A DNA stretch of 64,000 bases, taken from Candidatus Poseidoniaceae archaeon (GTDB lineage Archaea; Thermoplasmatota; Poseidoniia; Poseidoniales; Poseidoniaceae). Shown here piece after piece: positions 1 through 8,685 of the stretch. The notes under the pieces were generated by a model. That model did not search any database. It was not told where the DNA came from and was given only the letters and a program-made list of their open reading frames with translations. Each line of letters begins with the position of its first letter. The stretch's first letter is position 1. The translations under genes and the position numbers were made by a program. The stretch lies in assembly GCA_049606035.1 (NCBI GenBank), contig JBMYVD010000002.1:9712-73711 (forward strand). The letters are read 5' to 3'.

Positions 1-918
1 GAAAACCTACTAACGATTGCAGACCTCATAGCATGTGTTTCGATGGAAGCCAGAGAATGTTCAATCAAACCAATGGATGAGAGAGTGCACTCCGCTAGAC
101 CACATGCTGGTCAAACCTTAGTTGCTAAGCGTATTACTGACATAATGATGGATTCAAAAATTTTAGAATCTCATGCAAATTGTGACAAGGTGCAAGATCC
201 ATATTCATTCAGATGTATTCCTCAGGTTCATGGTGCGGTATTAGAGGCATACGGTAAACTATCATCAACTATCGGAATCGAAATCAATAGCGCAACCGAT
301 AATCCACTTATTTTTCCTAACCCTTCGAATCCTGGTCAAAATGAAGTCATAAGCCAGGGGAATTTTCACGGTGAAATCTTAGCTCTATGCGCAGATAATA
401 TGTCCCATGCAATTTTTGAATTGGCTAGTATTTCAGAAAGAAGAATCGACCAAATGGTAGACCCTTCTCGAAGTGATTTGCCAGCGTTTTTGGCAAAAAA
501 TTCCGGCCTTGAATCCGGAATGATGATTGTGCATTATGTTGCAGCGGCGGCCCTTGCTGAGATGCATGGGCGAGCGATGCCGAGGTCTGCTTTTTCAACA
601 CCTACTTCTGGTGGACAAGAGGACCATGTTTCTATGGGTGCCACAGCTTGCTGGAATTTGGTTGAATCTTGTAACCATTTGTCTCAGGTATTAGCATGTG
701 AACTTCTTATCGCTTGTGAAGCGCTTGAGTATCGCGTTGCAGAACCAGCAAATCACGTAAAAGGACTTTACAGGCTTGTAAGGAAGATTAGTGAACCTCT
801 AACAGGAGATAGATCGACCTCCAAAGAAATCGAAGAGATTGCAGCAAACCTCAGAGAGGGAGGGTGGCTATCACGAATTGAAGCAGAGCATGGTATTTTA
901 CCTAGATTAATTCGTTAA
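1..918 (+). CDS. hutH: histidine ammonia-lyase, C-terminal ~305 aa (5' end lies outside the window)
   Basis: Frame 1 is open from nt 1 (ENLLTIADLIACVSMEA...) to TAA at 916-918. It carries the conserved HAL/PAL core: SFRCIPQVHGAV, INSATDNPLIF, QGNFHGE. hutI lies 4 kb downstream. Confidence 0.85.
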   Translation, partial: ENLLTIADLIACVSMEARECSIKPMDERVHSARPHAGQTLVAKRITDIMMDSKILESHANCDKVQDPYSFRCIPQVHGAVLEAYGKLSSTIGIEINSATDNPLIFPNPSNPGQNEVISQGNFHGEILALCADNMSHAIFELASISERRIDQMVDPSRSDLPAFLAKNSGLESGMMIVHYVAAAALAEMHGRAMPRSAFSTPTSGGQEDHVSMGATACWNLVESCNHLSQVLACELLIACEALEYRVAEPANHVKGLYRLVRKISEPLTGDRSTSKEIEEIAANLREGGWLSRIEAEHGILPRLIR

Positions 919-1801
919 TTCGGGCCTCTACTTCATCAAAACCAGTGAGTTGGCGGACTCTAAATCTCAACTTTGTTACATCTGATTTGAAACCCTTCTC
1001 GAGCAATAAGTCGAGTCGATTATCAAGTTCCACTGCAGTCCTCACCTTCTCTTCTACAGATTTGTATATTTCATAGCCTTTGTCATCCGATTCCATGAAT
1101 AAAGCTGGCTCTGCTTCAGACACATCTAGCCCCATTCTTCTCCATTGCAAAATACGTCGCCTGGCAATTTCTTTCGAATACCCTTCACGGGGGATTCGGA
1201 TTAAGAATGCCAGTTTAGAACTACCATCTTCTGAAAGTGGCATCTCGCTTAATTCAGGTTCAGTAGGTTCAGTCTCAGTATCATCAGCCACAATGTCTGA
1301 CATGTTGTCTCTCTTTGGTATTGCCCACGCAACAGATTCGCGATTCCATTTCGCAGATTCAATGTCGGAAAATATTCCTGGAGTTACAACAAATATCACA
1401 CTCCATGCCTTTCTGTGTAGTGAGTCCTTTACTCTCATAACAAAATTCAGTACATTCGAAAAGCCGTGTAAAGATACTAACCATTCTATGCCTTCAATGA
1501 ATGCAATGCCATTATGATTTTCTACACGCTTGACCAATATATCTTCTAATTGGTCTAGCGATGGCTGGATTGAACCCGCTACATCTTGTGTAGTAATCCA
1601 GTAAGACTCAACTTTGTCTAAATCTATATGTTCCAATAACCGTCTTTGAGGTAACCGCGATATTAGCAAATAATGCCTGTCATTATCCCTTGAAATCTTG
1701 TCAATATATCCTAAATATTCTGATTCTGATTCTAGGTTATATGTGTAAGTTTTACCAATTTCGAAATCGCTATCCGTCATCGACATTACTCCCCGCAACA
1801 A
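902..1801 (-). CDS. DUF835-like domain protein with an acidic linker and a helical C-terminal region; function unknown
   Basis: 299-aa ORF. The N-terminal half resembles archaeal DUF835 (HYLLISRLPQRRLLE, ESYWITT, IAFIEGIEWLVSLHGF). This is followed by a D/E/T-rich linker and a helical tail. It is divergent from the next gene. Confidence 0.45.
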   Translation of the reverse strand: MLRGVMSMTDSDFEIGKTYTYNLESESEYLGYIDKISRDNDRHYLLISRLPQRRLLEHIDLDKVESYWITTQDVAGSIQPSLDQLEDILVKRVENHNGIAFIEGIEWLVSLHGFSNVLNFVMRVKDSLHRKAWSVIFVVTPGIFSDIESAKWNRESVAWAIPKRDNMSDIVADDTETEPTEPELSEMPLSEDGSSKLAFLIRIPREGYSKEIARRRILQWRRMGLDVSEAEPALFMESDDKGYEIYKSVEEKVRTAVELDNRLDLLLEKGFKSDVTKLRFRVRQLTGFDEVEARINELI

Positions 1802-1871
1802 CCTGTCTTAAGAGCATCAAGTCCATGAATGATTATATCGTTTGAGGAATTCGCAAACATCGGTGGCAACT

Positions 1872-3710
1872 ATGTCGGATGAAGATATACCGATGGCACA
1901 ATGTGGTGCATGTGATTCCATTATACCCCTAGACAGTGAATCATGTCCAGAGTGTAATGTTAGATTTGGAGGCATGTCCGAACAAGAATTAGGTGAATGT
2001 GGTGCCTGTCAAGCAATCATCCCTGCAGACAGCACATCGTGTTCAAACTGTGGCGCAGTGTTCGTCGAACAAGAACCAGTCGTTGAAGAAGATGTTGTTG
2101 TACCAGCCCAAATTCCCGAAAGCATTGAAGAAACTCCTGAGGCTGATGAAATTCAAGAAAACTTTGCAACAGTAGTTGATGTAGAAGAGCCTGTAGACTC
2201 GGAAGTTGCTAATGATATAGAAGAAATCCTAGAAACTCCTGCCGTTCAAATGGATGATTCGCGAGATGATGTAGGTGCGTCTGAAGAAAACCAAGTAGAG
2301 ACGGAATCTACCGAGTATGATGAATCTGTTGAACAACAAGAGAGCACTGAGGAGTACACTGAAGATGTTCAGGTTATGATAGATGAACAACCGTCTATCG
2401 AAAGTGAAGATGCCGAGGGCTCTTCCGATGACGAATCCGTATCAGAAGATGTAACAGATTCCGATGAAGATATTCCTGAAACCATGATGGATGATTTAGT
2501 AGATGACCTCGAGCATGATGAATCCGTGGATGACGTCGAAGAACAGATTGTGGAAGAAGAGAAAGAACCCGAAAGTGCGTTAGAACAGTCTGAAATCGTC
2601 ATGGCATTCGAAAACCTTGCACTGGCAATCGCTGCTAAGGGAATGACCGCGGCTGAAGCATTTGGTGAGATGGATACAAGTGATGACCACTTAATCGATG
2701 CACCAGAATTACAGAAAGGAATCGAGAAAATTGCAGGTGAAAAATTAGTTCCTAAGCATGTTACTGCGATTCTAAATTACCTTGATACCGACGGCGATAG
2801 AAGAGTAGATCCAAATGAATTAGTGAAAGCTTTGGAAGACCTTCGGATTGGAATTCAACCAGGCAAATTACCGAAAGTCAAATCCTTCCCATCGCCCCTA
2901 CAAAAATTCCTAATGGGCAAGAAAGCTAACGACATCGTTTATCCAATAGCATACTTCCTCATGGTTACGTTCATTGGGCTTTGGGTAGTAAATGGAATGG
3001 GATTGTTGGTCGACGGCACCGGTGGTACCGTCCTCTACGAAGGCGGTACAGACCAATGGGGTGGCGAGATAACACAGGCTAACTGGAACCTTTGTCAATC
3101 TGATGCCCTTGATGAAATGATTGACCCTTGTCAAGGTACGGTGTCTATTGGAGAAACTTATCCGTGTGACCCAGCACTAGACCCAAATAAATGTCAAAAC
3201 TCTCTAACACCATTCAGTGGCACTGATGGTGCGTCAAGTATGCCTGCTGGATTCTATGGAGACGGCGTCTTCATGATTATTCTCGGCGTAATTGGCCTCT
3301 CAGCAACTGCATACCTTCACTTGATGTATGCACCATCACTGCGCGAGCGAGCAAAGAAAGGAAGCAAGAATAAAGAAGAGGAAGAAGATGACGATGAAGA
3401 CGATTCCTCTGCTAGTGATTCTATTGAAGATGAATCGGAAGAAGACGAAGATTACGAAGAAGAAGGAAGTGCTCTTGATGCTCCTGTTGACCTTGAAATT
3501 GCCGACGAATCTGACGATGAAGATGATGAAGAAGAATATGATGACGACGACATAGATGTTGGCGATTGGATTGGACTAGAAGTTGATGGCGAGGAATTCT
3601 TCGGCGAAATTATAGAATTCGATGATGATGAAGGAACTGTTACAATCGAAACCGAAGACGGAGAAGAAATAACTGGTGACCAAGAAGACATGTTCCTTGA
3701 TGACGAGTGA
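1872..3710 (+). CDS. very acidic membrane protein with a double zinc ribbon, an EF-hand pair and two TM helices
   Basis: ATG at 1872 within the 1842 ORF. Two CxxC-x11-CxxC ribbons (CGACDS..CPEC, CGACQA..CSNC). Two 12-residue EF loops (DTSDDHLIDAPE, DTDGDRRVDPNE). Two hydrophobic helices flank a 4-Cys loop. There are long D/E runs. Confidence 0.55.
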   Translation: MSDEDIPMAQCGACDSIIPLDSESCPECNVRFGGMSEQELGECGACQAIIPADSTSCSNCGAVFVEQEPVVEEDVVVPAQIPESIEETPEADEIQENFATVVDVEEPVDSEVANDIEEILETPAVQMDDSRDDVGASEENQVETESTEYDESVEQQESTEEYTEDVQVMIDEQPSIESEDAEGSSDDESVSEDVTDSDEDIPETMMDDLVDDLEHDESVDDVEEQIVEEEKEPESALEQSEIVMAFENLALAIAAKGMTAAEAFGEMDTSDDHLIDAPELQKGIEKIAGEKLVPKHVTAILNYLDTDGDRRVDPNELVKALEDLRIGIQPGKLPKVKSFPSPLQKFLMGKKANDIVYPIAYFLMVTFIGLWVVNGMGLLVDGTGGTVLYEGGTDQWGGEITQANWNLCQSDALDEMIDPCQGTVSIGETYPCDPALDPNKCQNSLTPFSGTDGASSMPAGFYGDGVFMIILGVIGLSATAYLHLMYAPSLRERAKKGSKNKEEEEDDDEDDSSASDSIEDESEEDEDYEEEGSALDAPVDLEIADESDDEDDEEEYDDDDIDVGDWIGLEVDGEEFFGEIIEFDDDEGTVTIETEDGEEITGDQEDMFLDDE

Positions 3711-3714
3711 TTTC

Positions 3715-4074
3715 ATGGCTGACAGGCTAGACGTTTTGGTCGGTAAAGAAAGCTGCCCAGTATGTGGAACCATATCCCAAAAAGGCACTGCAAGGTGTCC
3801 TGAGTGCGGTACGTTTCATTCAGGTATACACTTAGAAGAAAGGGAGGCTCCGTCACCGGAAGAAAGAATTTCGAGCAGGGAAGTAGACCCTTCTGATTAT
3901 TCTATGAATCCAGAGATCGCCATTGCCAGCGAAGAATTTGAGGGAGATGATGCTAACATCAAAAATTGGGGTGGGGGTTCAACAGACTTCTCTTTCATTG
4001 ATGATGAAGACAACTTACCAGTTGAAACAGAAAATTTACTTATTCCGGAATCGGAAGAAATCGAAAGTGACTGA
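3715..4074 (+). CDS. small acidic zinc-ribbon protein
   Basis: ATG at 3715 inside the 3676 (GTG) ORF. CPVCG-x11-CPECG ribbon followed by an acidic tail. It lies 5 nt after the stop of the preceding zinc-ribbon protein. Confidence 0.45.
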   Translation: MADRLDVLVGKESCPVCGTISQKGTARCPECGTFHSGIHLEEREAPSPEERISSREVDPSDYSMNPEIAIASEEFEGDDANIKNWGGGSTDFSFIDDEDNLPVETENLLIPESEEIESD

Positions 4075-4155
4075 TTGCTAGATTAAAGCCTATCAATTAG
4101 TGTTTAATGTTAAATCATTGATTGCATCCAACCTAGTACAGTTTGAAGCTAGGAG

Positions 4156-4228
4156 TGGGCTCGGCCAGAATTGAACTGGCGATCTTTGCCATGTCAAGGC
4201 AACGTCATAACCCCTAGACCACGAGCCC
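4156..4228 (-). tRNA. tRNA-Val (anticodon GAC), no intron, no encoded CCA
   Basis: The reverse complement folds as a cloverleaf: GGGCUCG UG GUCUAGGGGUUAUGAC G UUGCC UUGACAU GGCAA AGAUC GCCAG UUCAAUU CUGGC CGAGCCC A. It has a 7-bp acceptor stem, 5-bp anticodon and T stems, and GAC at positions 34-36. Confidence 0.9.
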
Positions 4229-4246
4229 TCGTAGTTGTTCCACAAT

Positions 4247-4267
4247 GATTCGGTATATATCCGAATC
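4247..4267 (-). promoter_or_regulatory. TATA box embedded in a palindrome upstream of tRNA-Val
   Basis: GATTCGG-TATATAT-CCGAATC. The TATATAT block (4254-4260) is centred about 29 nt upstream of the tRNA 5' end at 4228, the expected spacing for an archaeal TATA box. Confidence 0.45.
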
Positions 4268-4278
4268 GGTATGGAATG

Positions 4279-4440
4279 TCAAGATACGATTTTCGAAATT
4301 TTACCTGTGCATCCAGGTTGCGAACAAAATCCACCACATCTAGTGCGACCGTTACTCATTCGGATCATTTTTCCATCTTTGATTGGACCATAGGTTTTGC
4401 ATTTCAGACAGAATCCGCTAACACCAGTCATTTGAACCAT
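4279..4440 (-). CDS. 53-aa zinc-ribbon mini-protein (DUF5679-like), absent from the ORF track
   Basis: Hand translation: MVQMTGVSGFCLKCKTYGPIKDGKMIRMSNGRTRCGGFCSQPGCTGKISKIVS*. ATG at 4440-4438 and TGA at 4281-4279. The pattern is CxxC ... NGR ... C-x3-C-x4-C. Confidence 0.5.
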   Translation of the reverse strand: MVQMTGVSGFCLKCKTYGPIKDGKMIRMSNGRTRCGGFCSQPGCTGKISKIVS

Positions 4441-4609
4441 ATGCGCCTAAACTAACATGCTAATGAATACTATGTTCTCTTAACCTTCAAAAATTAGTAA
4501 ATATCGACTAAAACCCCCCCATTCTTAGGGTGATTTTTGCAAAAGTTGGCATTTTTTTATGCTAAAGCAGGTACTGCAAGCCAGTTCTTGTCAGAGAGAC
4601 AAAACCCTT

Positions 4610-4633
4610 GTCGCATAATGTATGTTATGCGAC
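4610..4633 (-). terminator. perfect 9-bp hairpin immediately 3' of the ABM-like gene
   Basis: GTCGCATAA-TGTATG-TTATGCGAC ends 2 nt from the stop codon (4636-4638). On the transcribed strand it is followed by a T-run (GGGTTTTG). Confidence 0.35.
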
Positions 4634-4635
4634 AC

Positions 4636-4974
4636 TCATGCTTTGCCTAAATCGAGGTTTTCAGGATCTAATGAGAAAATACCTACTAATGGTGGCCCGC
4701 CGAGGAGTGTTTCAATTCCTCCATCCCTAGAATCTAATTCTTCTGCAACTCTTTTCGCACTTCTGTGCCAAGATTCTTGGTCAACATAAATTGCTTGAAG
4801 TAGAAACATTGGTTGTCCATCCATAGACCTCGAAACCCAAGCCCTGACACAACCCTCTGTACGTCGCCTCATTTCTTGTCTAGCTTCCAACATTCTCTCA
4901 AGTCTAGCATCAACACCTTTTCTGGCAGAACAAACTACAGTCTCTAACCAAAAACTAACTTTTACTGAATTCAT
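4636..4974 (-). CDS. small hypothetical protein, possibly ABM (antibiotic biosynthesis monooxygenase)-like fold
   Basis: 112-aa ORF lying 23 nt downstream of hutI on the same strand. The segment GCVRAWVSRSMDGQPMFLLQAIYVDQESWHRS resembles the ABM core. Similarity is weak. Confidence 0.35.
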   Translation of the reverse strand: MNSVKVSFWLETVVCSARKGVDARLERMLEARQEMRRRTEGCVRAWVSRSMDGQPMFLLQAIYVDQESWHRSAKRVAEELDSRDGGIETLLGGPPLVGIFSLDPENLDLGKA

Positions 4975-4997
4975 ATTAATCCCTTATCAAACTACTT

Positions 4998-6239
4998 TTA
5001 ATGATAAATCATATTTCCTTCAAGCATTGTGGCTGCAAATGGCGAATGACCAGGTTGCAAGCACCAAGCTTCCCAATGCGGACTATCAAGAATATTCAGA
5101 TTTGCAACACCTCCCTCTACAATCTGGCCGTGTTTTAATCCAGAGGGGTGAGGAGTAGTTTCTGCTGAATTTCTAGTACATGCTGCTAGAGTAGTGATTG
5201 GCGATATCTCATTCCGTTGTACAAGAACAGAACCGATAAATGGTAAACTAAGTGTTCTACAGTTTGGATTGAAATCTGTTGCAATTGACCATACCCACTC
5301 ATTTTCTGAGCAATGATTGAATGGTGGATACTCAGCACCCATAGAATATGGAGTGCCTGGGAGGAATCCACAATTAACCCCGGAGCCATTCATTTTCGCT
5401 CTAGTTTCATCGCTTGTGTAATGAGCATGGTCTGCAGTTGTGACCTGCAATTCGGCGGCTAAGTCACCACCACCTCCATCAACAAATTCATCAATATGCA
5501 ATCTAAGATCCAGCCCACCATGCTTGCTGTTTTTCATTATCTCTTCTGTCTGTTCTATTGTGAACCAACCTGGCTCGCAGAAAACATCTGCGCTTCTTGC
5601 GATTCCTTGTTCGATTACCGCTGGTAGTTGTTCTGAAATTATCTCTTCATGGTAATCATCTAGTGACATACCCGGTGGTGCTGAATGGGCTCCCAACCAA
5701 GTTAAGTCTAAAGATGGCAGGTTTTCTATTGCAGCCAAATTTTCCGCTATTGACAACAATCGCAATTCGGATTCAGTGTCAAGGCCGTAACCAGACTTAG
5801 CCTCCATGTGCGTTGTCCCATTTCTTAATGCTTCACGCATTCTCTCTACACCTAAATGGGCTAGGTGTGAATCACTGGACTTTCTGGTTGGCAATACCGT
5901 GGCAGCAATGCCACCGCCTTTCTCTGCAATTTCTCTGTAAGTCATCCCCTGTTGCTTCCAACCAACTTCCTTACTTCGATCTCCTGCCCAGAGTAAGTGA
6001 GTGTGCGCATCAACCAAACCTGGAACGACAGCCTTGCCTTCCAAATCAGTAATTTCTACATTGGTGTATTCTGACAACATCTCTTCAGATTGAGCGATTT
6101 TTACAATCGAAAAATCTGATATTAAAATCGCCAAGCCACCCGGATGAACATACTCTGTATGATCATGGATTTTGCCAACAATAGGACCCTCTCCTGCCAT
6201 GTGTGCGATTGGCCCGGCGTTAACCAACAGTCTGTCCAT
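4998..6239 (-). CDS. hutI: imidazolonepropionase
   Basis: 413 aa. Amidohydrolase metal motif VPGLVDAHTHLLWAGDR, plus later HIDEF and ADHAHY segments typical of HutI. hutH is in the same window. Confidence 0.85.
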   Translation of the reverse strand: MDRLLVNAGPIAHMAGEGPIVGKIHDHTEYVHPGGLAILISDFSIVKIAQSEEMLSEYTNVEITDLEGKAVVPGLVDAHTHLLWAGDRSKEVGWKQQGMTYREIAEKGGGIAATVLPTRKSSDSHLAHLGVERMREALRNGTTHMEAKSGYGLDTESELRLLSIAENLAAIENLPSLDLTWLGAHSAPPGMSLDDYHEEIISEQLPAVIEQGIARSADVFCEPGWFTIEQTEEIMKNSKHGGLDLRLHIDEFVDGGGGDLAAELQVTTADHAHYTSDETRAKMNGSGVNCGFLPGTPYSMGAEYPPFNHCSENEWVWSIATDFNPNCRTLSLPFIGSVLVQRNEISPITTLAACTRNSAETTPHPSGLKHGQIVEGGVANLNILDSPHWEAWCLQPGHSPFAATMLEGNMIYH

Positions 6240-6289
6240 TAGTCACCGCAGACTAAAACCGTTAGATAGTATATCCGACAGGCACAGAC

Positions 6290-7303
6290 ATGGCAGGAGA
6301 GTGGACCTTGGGCATTGAGTCGACCGCCCACACGTTTTCATTTGGCCTAGTAGATGGTGACGGCAAGCCACGCCCATCTGCATCAGACACAATACGTCCT
6401 ACAGAGGGAGGCATACATCCACGTGAGGCTGCAGACCACCATGTCGAACTATCGACATCACTTTTTTCTAAGATTCTGGCTGAAAATGAAATCACGCCTA
6501 AAGACATCGGAGCGATTGCTTATTCGCAAGGCCCTGGGATGGGTGCATGTTTACGAACTGGTGCCGCAGCCGCAAGAACTATCTCAACGCATCTGGATGT
6601 TCCATTGATTGGTGTAAATCATTGCGTAGCCCACATCGAAATCGGCAGAGAGCAGTGTGGTTGTGATGATCCAATTCTTCTGTATGTAAGTGGTGGAAAT
6701 ACTCAGGTAATTGCTCGATTGGACGGTAGATATCGTGTGCTAGGCGAAACCTTAGACATCGGAATAGGAAACATGTTGGATAAATTTGCAAGGAACCACG
6801 GCATTCCATTCCCAGGTGGCCCCGTAATCGAAAAGAAGGCTTTAGAGTGGCTTGAAAATAATCCTAATCCATCTCTGGAAGGTTTGGAGTTACCTTATGC
6901 TGTTCACGGAATGGATTTGGCATTCTCGGGTTTGATGAGTGCTGCAAATAGATTGGTTAGAGAAGGAAAACCATTCGAAGCTGTTTGCTGGAGCCTACAA
7001 GAGCATGCCTTTGCAGCTTGCATTGAAGTTGCAGAAAGGGCCCTAGCTCACACCGGCAAAACCGAAGTTTTACTTGGCGGTGGAGTTGCTTGCAACCAGC
7101 GCATTAGAGACATGTCAACTATTATGTGTGAAGAAAGAGGAGCGAGCAGCCATTGTCCCCCGAGGATGTATTGTATAGACAATGGTACAATGATTGCTCG
7201 ACTAGGTTGGTTAGAACTAAACCACGGGCGTACAACCACTCTAGTTCAATCTGGTGTTGACCAAGAGCTAAGGACAGACCAAACCCCAATTTCATGGCCT
7301 TGA
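6290..7303 (+). CDS. kae1: tRNA N6-adenosine threonylcarbamoyltransferase Kae1 (stand-alone, no Bud32 fusion)
   Basis: 337 aa. Motifs LGIESTAHTFSFGLV, GVNHCVAHIE and LYVSGGNTQV are typical of Kae1/TsaD (ASKHA fold). A TATA-like GTATAT lies about 20 nt upstream of the ATG. Confidence 0.9.
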   Translation: MAGEWTLGIESTAHTFSFGLVDGDGKPRPSASDTIRPTEGGIHPREAADHHVELSTSLFSKILAENEITPKDIGAIAYSQGPGMGACLRTGAAAARTISTHLDVPLIGVNHCVAHIEIGREQCGCDDPILLYVSGGNTQVIARLDGRYRVLGETLDIGIGNMLDKFARNHGIPFPGGPVIEKKALEWLENNPNPSLEGLELPYAVHGMDLAFSGLMSAANRLVREGKPFEAVCWSLQEHAFAACIEVAERALAHTGKTEVLLGGGVACNQRIRDMSTIMCEERGASSHCPPRMYCIDNGTMIARLGWLELNHGRTTTLVQSGVDQELRTDQTPISWP

Positions 7304-7345
7304 TAATATGCCAAGGGTTATGAGAGGCCGAGAAGCCGCAAGACT

Positions 7346-8197
7346 ATGAACGGGCGAAGGCGCAAGGATGAACCATTCAATCCTTTTGCGCCAAACGCAG
7401 GTCAAAAAGCCCGTGATAGAAAGGAAAAGGTGACCAGGCAACCACCAAGGCCTAAGCCTTCAACGCCTCAAAAACCTGTTAACGACCTCGCTGCAAAACA
7501 AAAAGCAGCAATGGAGGCTCTAAAGCAGAGACGGGAAATTGAGAGTAAATCTGTTGCCAAATCTGTGAAACCTCAACCTGTTCAGAAAAAACATCAACCT
7601 TCACCACAACCCAAACCTGTTCCAAAGACAGAGGTAAAGAAACCAGATGGTAGAGAAGAAAGGTTGGCGGCGCTTAGGGCAAAATCCGCAGCAACTGCAC
7701 AATTTGCTAAAGAAGCGAAAGACGCGAAGAAACTGGATGTGAAGGTTGAAGCAGAAGTCAAAACAATTACTGCACCAGAACCAGAAATCGAGGTCATCAT
7801 TGATACCAAAGTTGACGAGCCAAAGAAATCGTCAACTAGCCAAGGTGCTGCTAATGTATTCAAAACTATCAGAACCGAGGTCAAGAAAGCTGATAAAAAA
7901 CAAAAGCGCAGAAGGTCGAGTGACAAAAAGGGTGGCGGAAGACAACCACAGTCAAAGAAACTCGACCGAAGAAAATACCTCGAGTACAAATATGCTGCTA
8001 GGGAATTATTGGATAATGATTCAATCAGTGAAGAACACCGATCAAATATCCTTGGACAAATATGGGCAAAGGGTGAGCGTTCAGGTGTAGATGACGCAGT
8101 CGAATTCATCGATCAAAAGGAAGCAGAATTGATTATTCCAGAAGAAGTCGCTGACGAATTTAGAAAGATGGTAAGAAGATATACAACTAAGAGGTAA
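7346..8197 (+). CDS. Lys/Pro-rich basic protein with a small globular C-terminal domain; function unknown
   Basis: 283-aa ORF. About 200 aa are K/P/Q/A-rich low-complexity sequence, followed by YLEYKYAARELL...GQIWAKGERSG...FRKMVRRYTTKR. Confidence 0.4.
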   Translation: MNGRRRKDEPFNPFAPNAGQKARDRKEKVTRQPPRPKPSTPQKPVNDLAAKQKAAMEALKQRREIESKSVAKSVKPQPVQKKHQPSPQPKPVPKTEVKKPDGREERLAALRAKSAATAQFAKEAKDAKKLDVKVEAEVKTITAPEPEIEVIIDTKVDEPKKSSTSQGAANVFKTIRTEVKKADKKQKRRRSSDKKGGGRQPQSKKLDRRKYLEYKYAARELLDNDSISEEHRSNILGQIWAKGERSGVDDAVEFIDQKEAELIIPEEVADEFRKMVRRYTTKR

Positions 8198-8201
8198 TAA
8201 T

Positions 8202-8675
8202 ATGTCAAAAATAGAGAATAACAAAGTTGCAATGGTCCACTACACAGGTACACTACCAGAAAATGGAGAGGTTTTCGACTCATCTGAGGGCAGAGATCCA
8301 CTAACCTTCCTTGTTGGACACAAGAACATGATTCCAGGATTTGAAAGAGAATTAATGGGTGCATCAGTTGGTGACAAAGTTGAGTTTACACTTTCAGCAG
8401 ATGATGCGTATGGCGAGCATAACCCTGATGCAATCCAAAAGGTTCCAAAAGACATGTTCGGTGATATCACCCCTGAAATCGGTATGACGTTAATGAGTGA
8501 CATGGGCCCATTTAGAGTTACAGAAATCGGCGATGATGTCGTAACCGTTGATTTTAACCACGCACTAGCAGGTAAGTCACTTACTTTCAATGTTGAAGTT
8601 GTAGAAATCAGAGATGCGACAGAGGAAGAAATAGCTCACGGCCACGCACATGGTCCAGGCGGACACCACCATTGA
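8202..8675 (+). CDS. slyD: FKBP-type peptidyl-prolyl isomerase, SlyD-like, with a His-rich tail
   Basis: 157 aa. VAMVHYTGTL..GEVFDSS, LTFLVGHKNMIPGFE, an inserted flap domain, and a C-terminal HGHAHGPGGHHH metal-binding tail. Confidence 0.85.
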   Translation: MSKIENNKVAMVHYTGTLPENGEVFDSSEGRDPLTFLVGHKNMIPGFERELMGASVGDKVEFTLSADDAYGEHNPDAIQKVPKDMFGDITPEIGMTLMSDMGPFRVTEIGDDVVTVDFNHALAGKSLTFNVEVVEIRDATEEEIAHGHAHGPGGHHH

Positions 8676-8685
8676 GGGAATAAAA

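Noticed and set aside
1080-1517. A 145-aa plus-strand ORF inside the DUF835-like gene.
   Set aside because: This is a Ser-rich shadow frame. The minus-strand frame has the recognisable domain.
4441-4609. A 170-nt gap that might hold a small ncRNA (C7 run, short hairpins).
   Set aside because: There are no C/D or H/ACA box arrangement, no stable extended structure and no recognisable family. It more likely holds promoter and terminator space for the flanking minus-strand genes.
4075-4640. A possible tRNA-Val-linked integrated element or genomic island.
   Set aside because: There is no integrase, no recombinase, and no duplicated tRNA 3' segment that I could spot. Flanking genes have composition similar to the rest of the window.
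7594-8109. A 171-aa antisense ORF and a 114-aa alternative-frame ORF within the Lys-rich gene.
   Set aside because: These are a by-product of the AAR/CCN-rich low-complexity coding sequence. They have no independent start or stop context.
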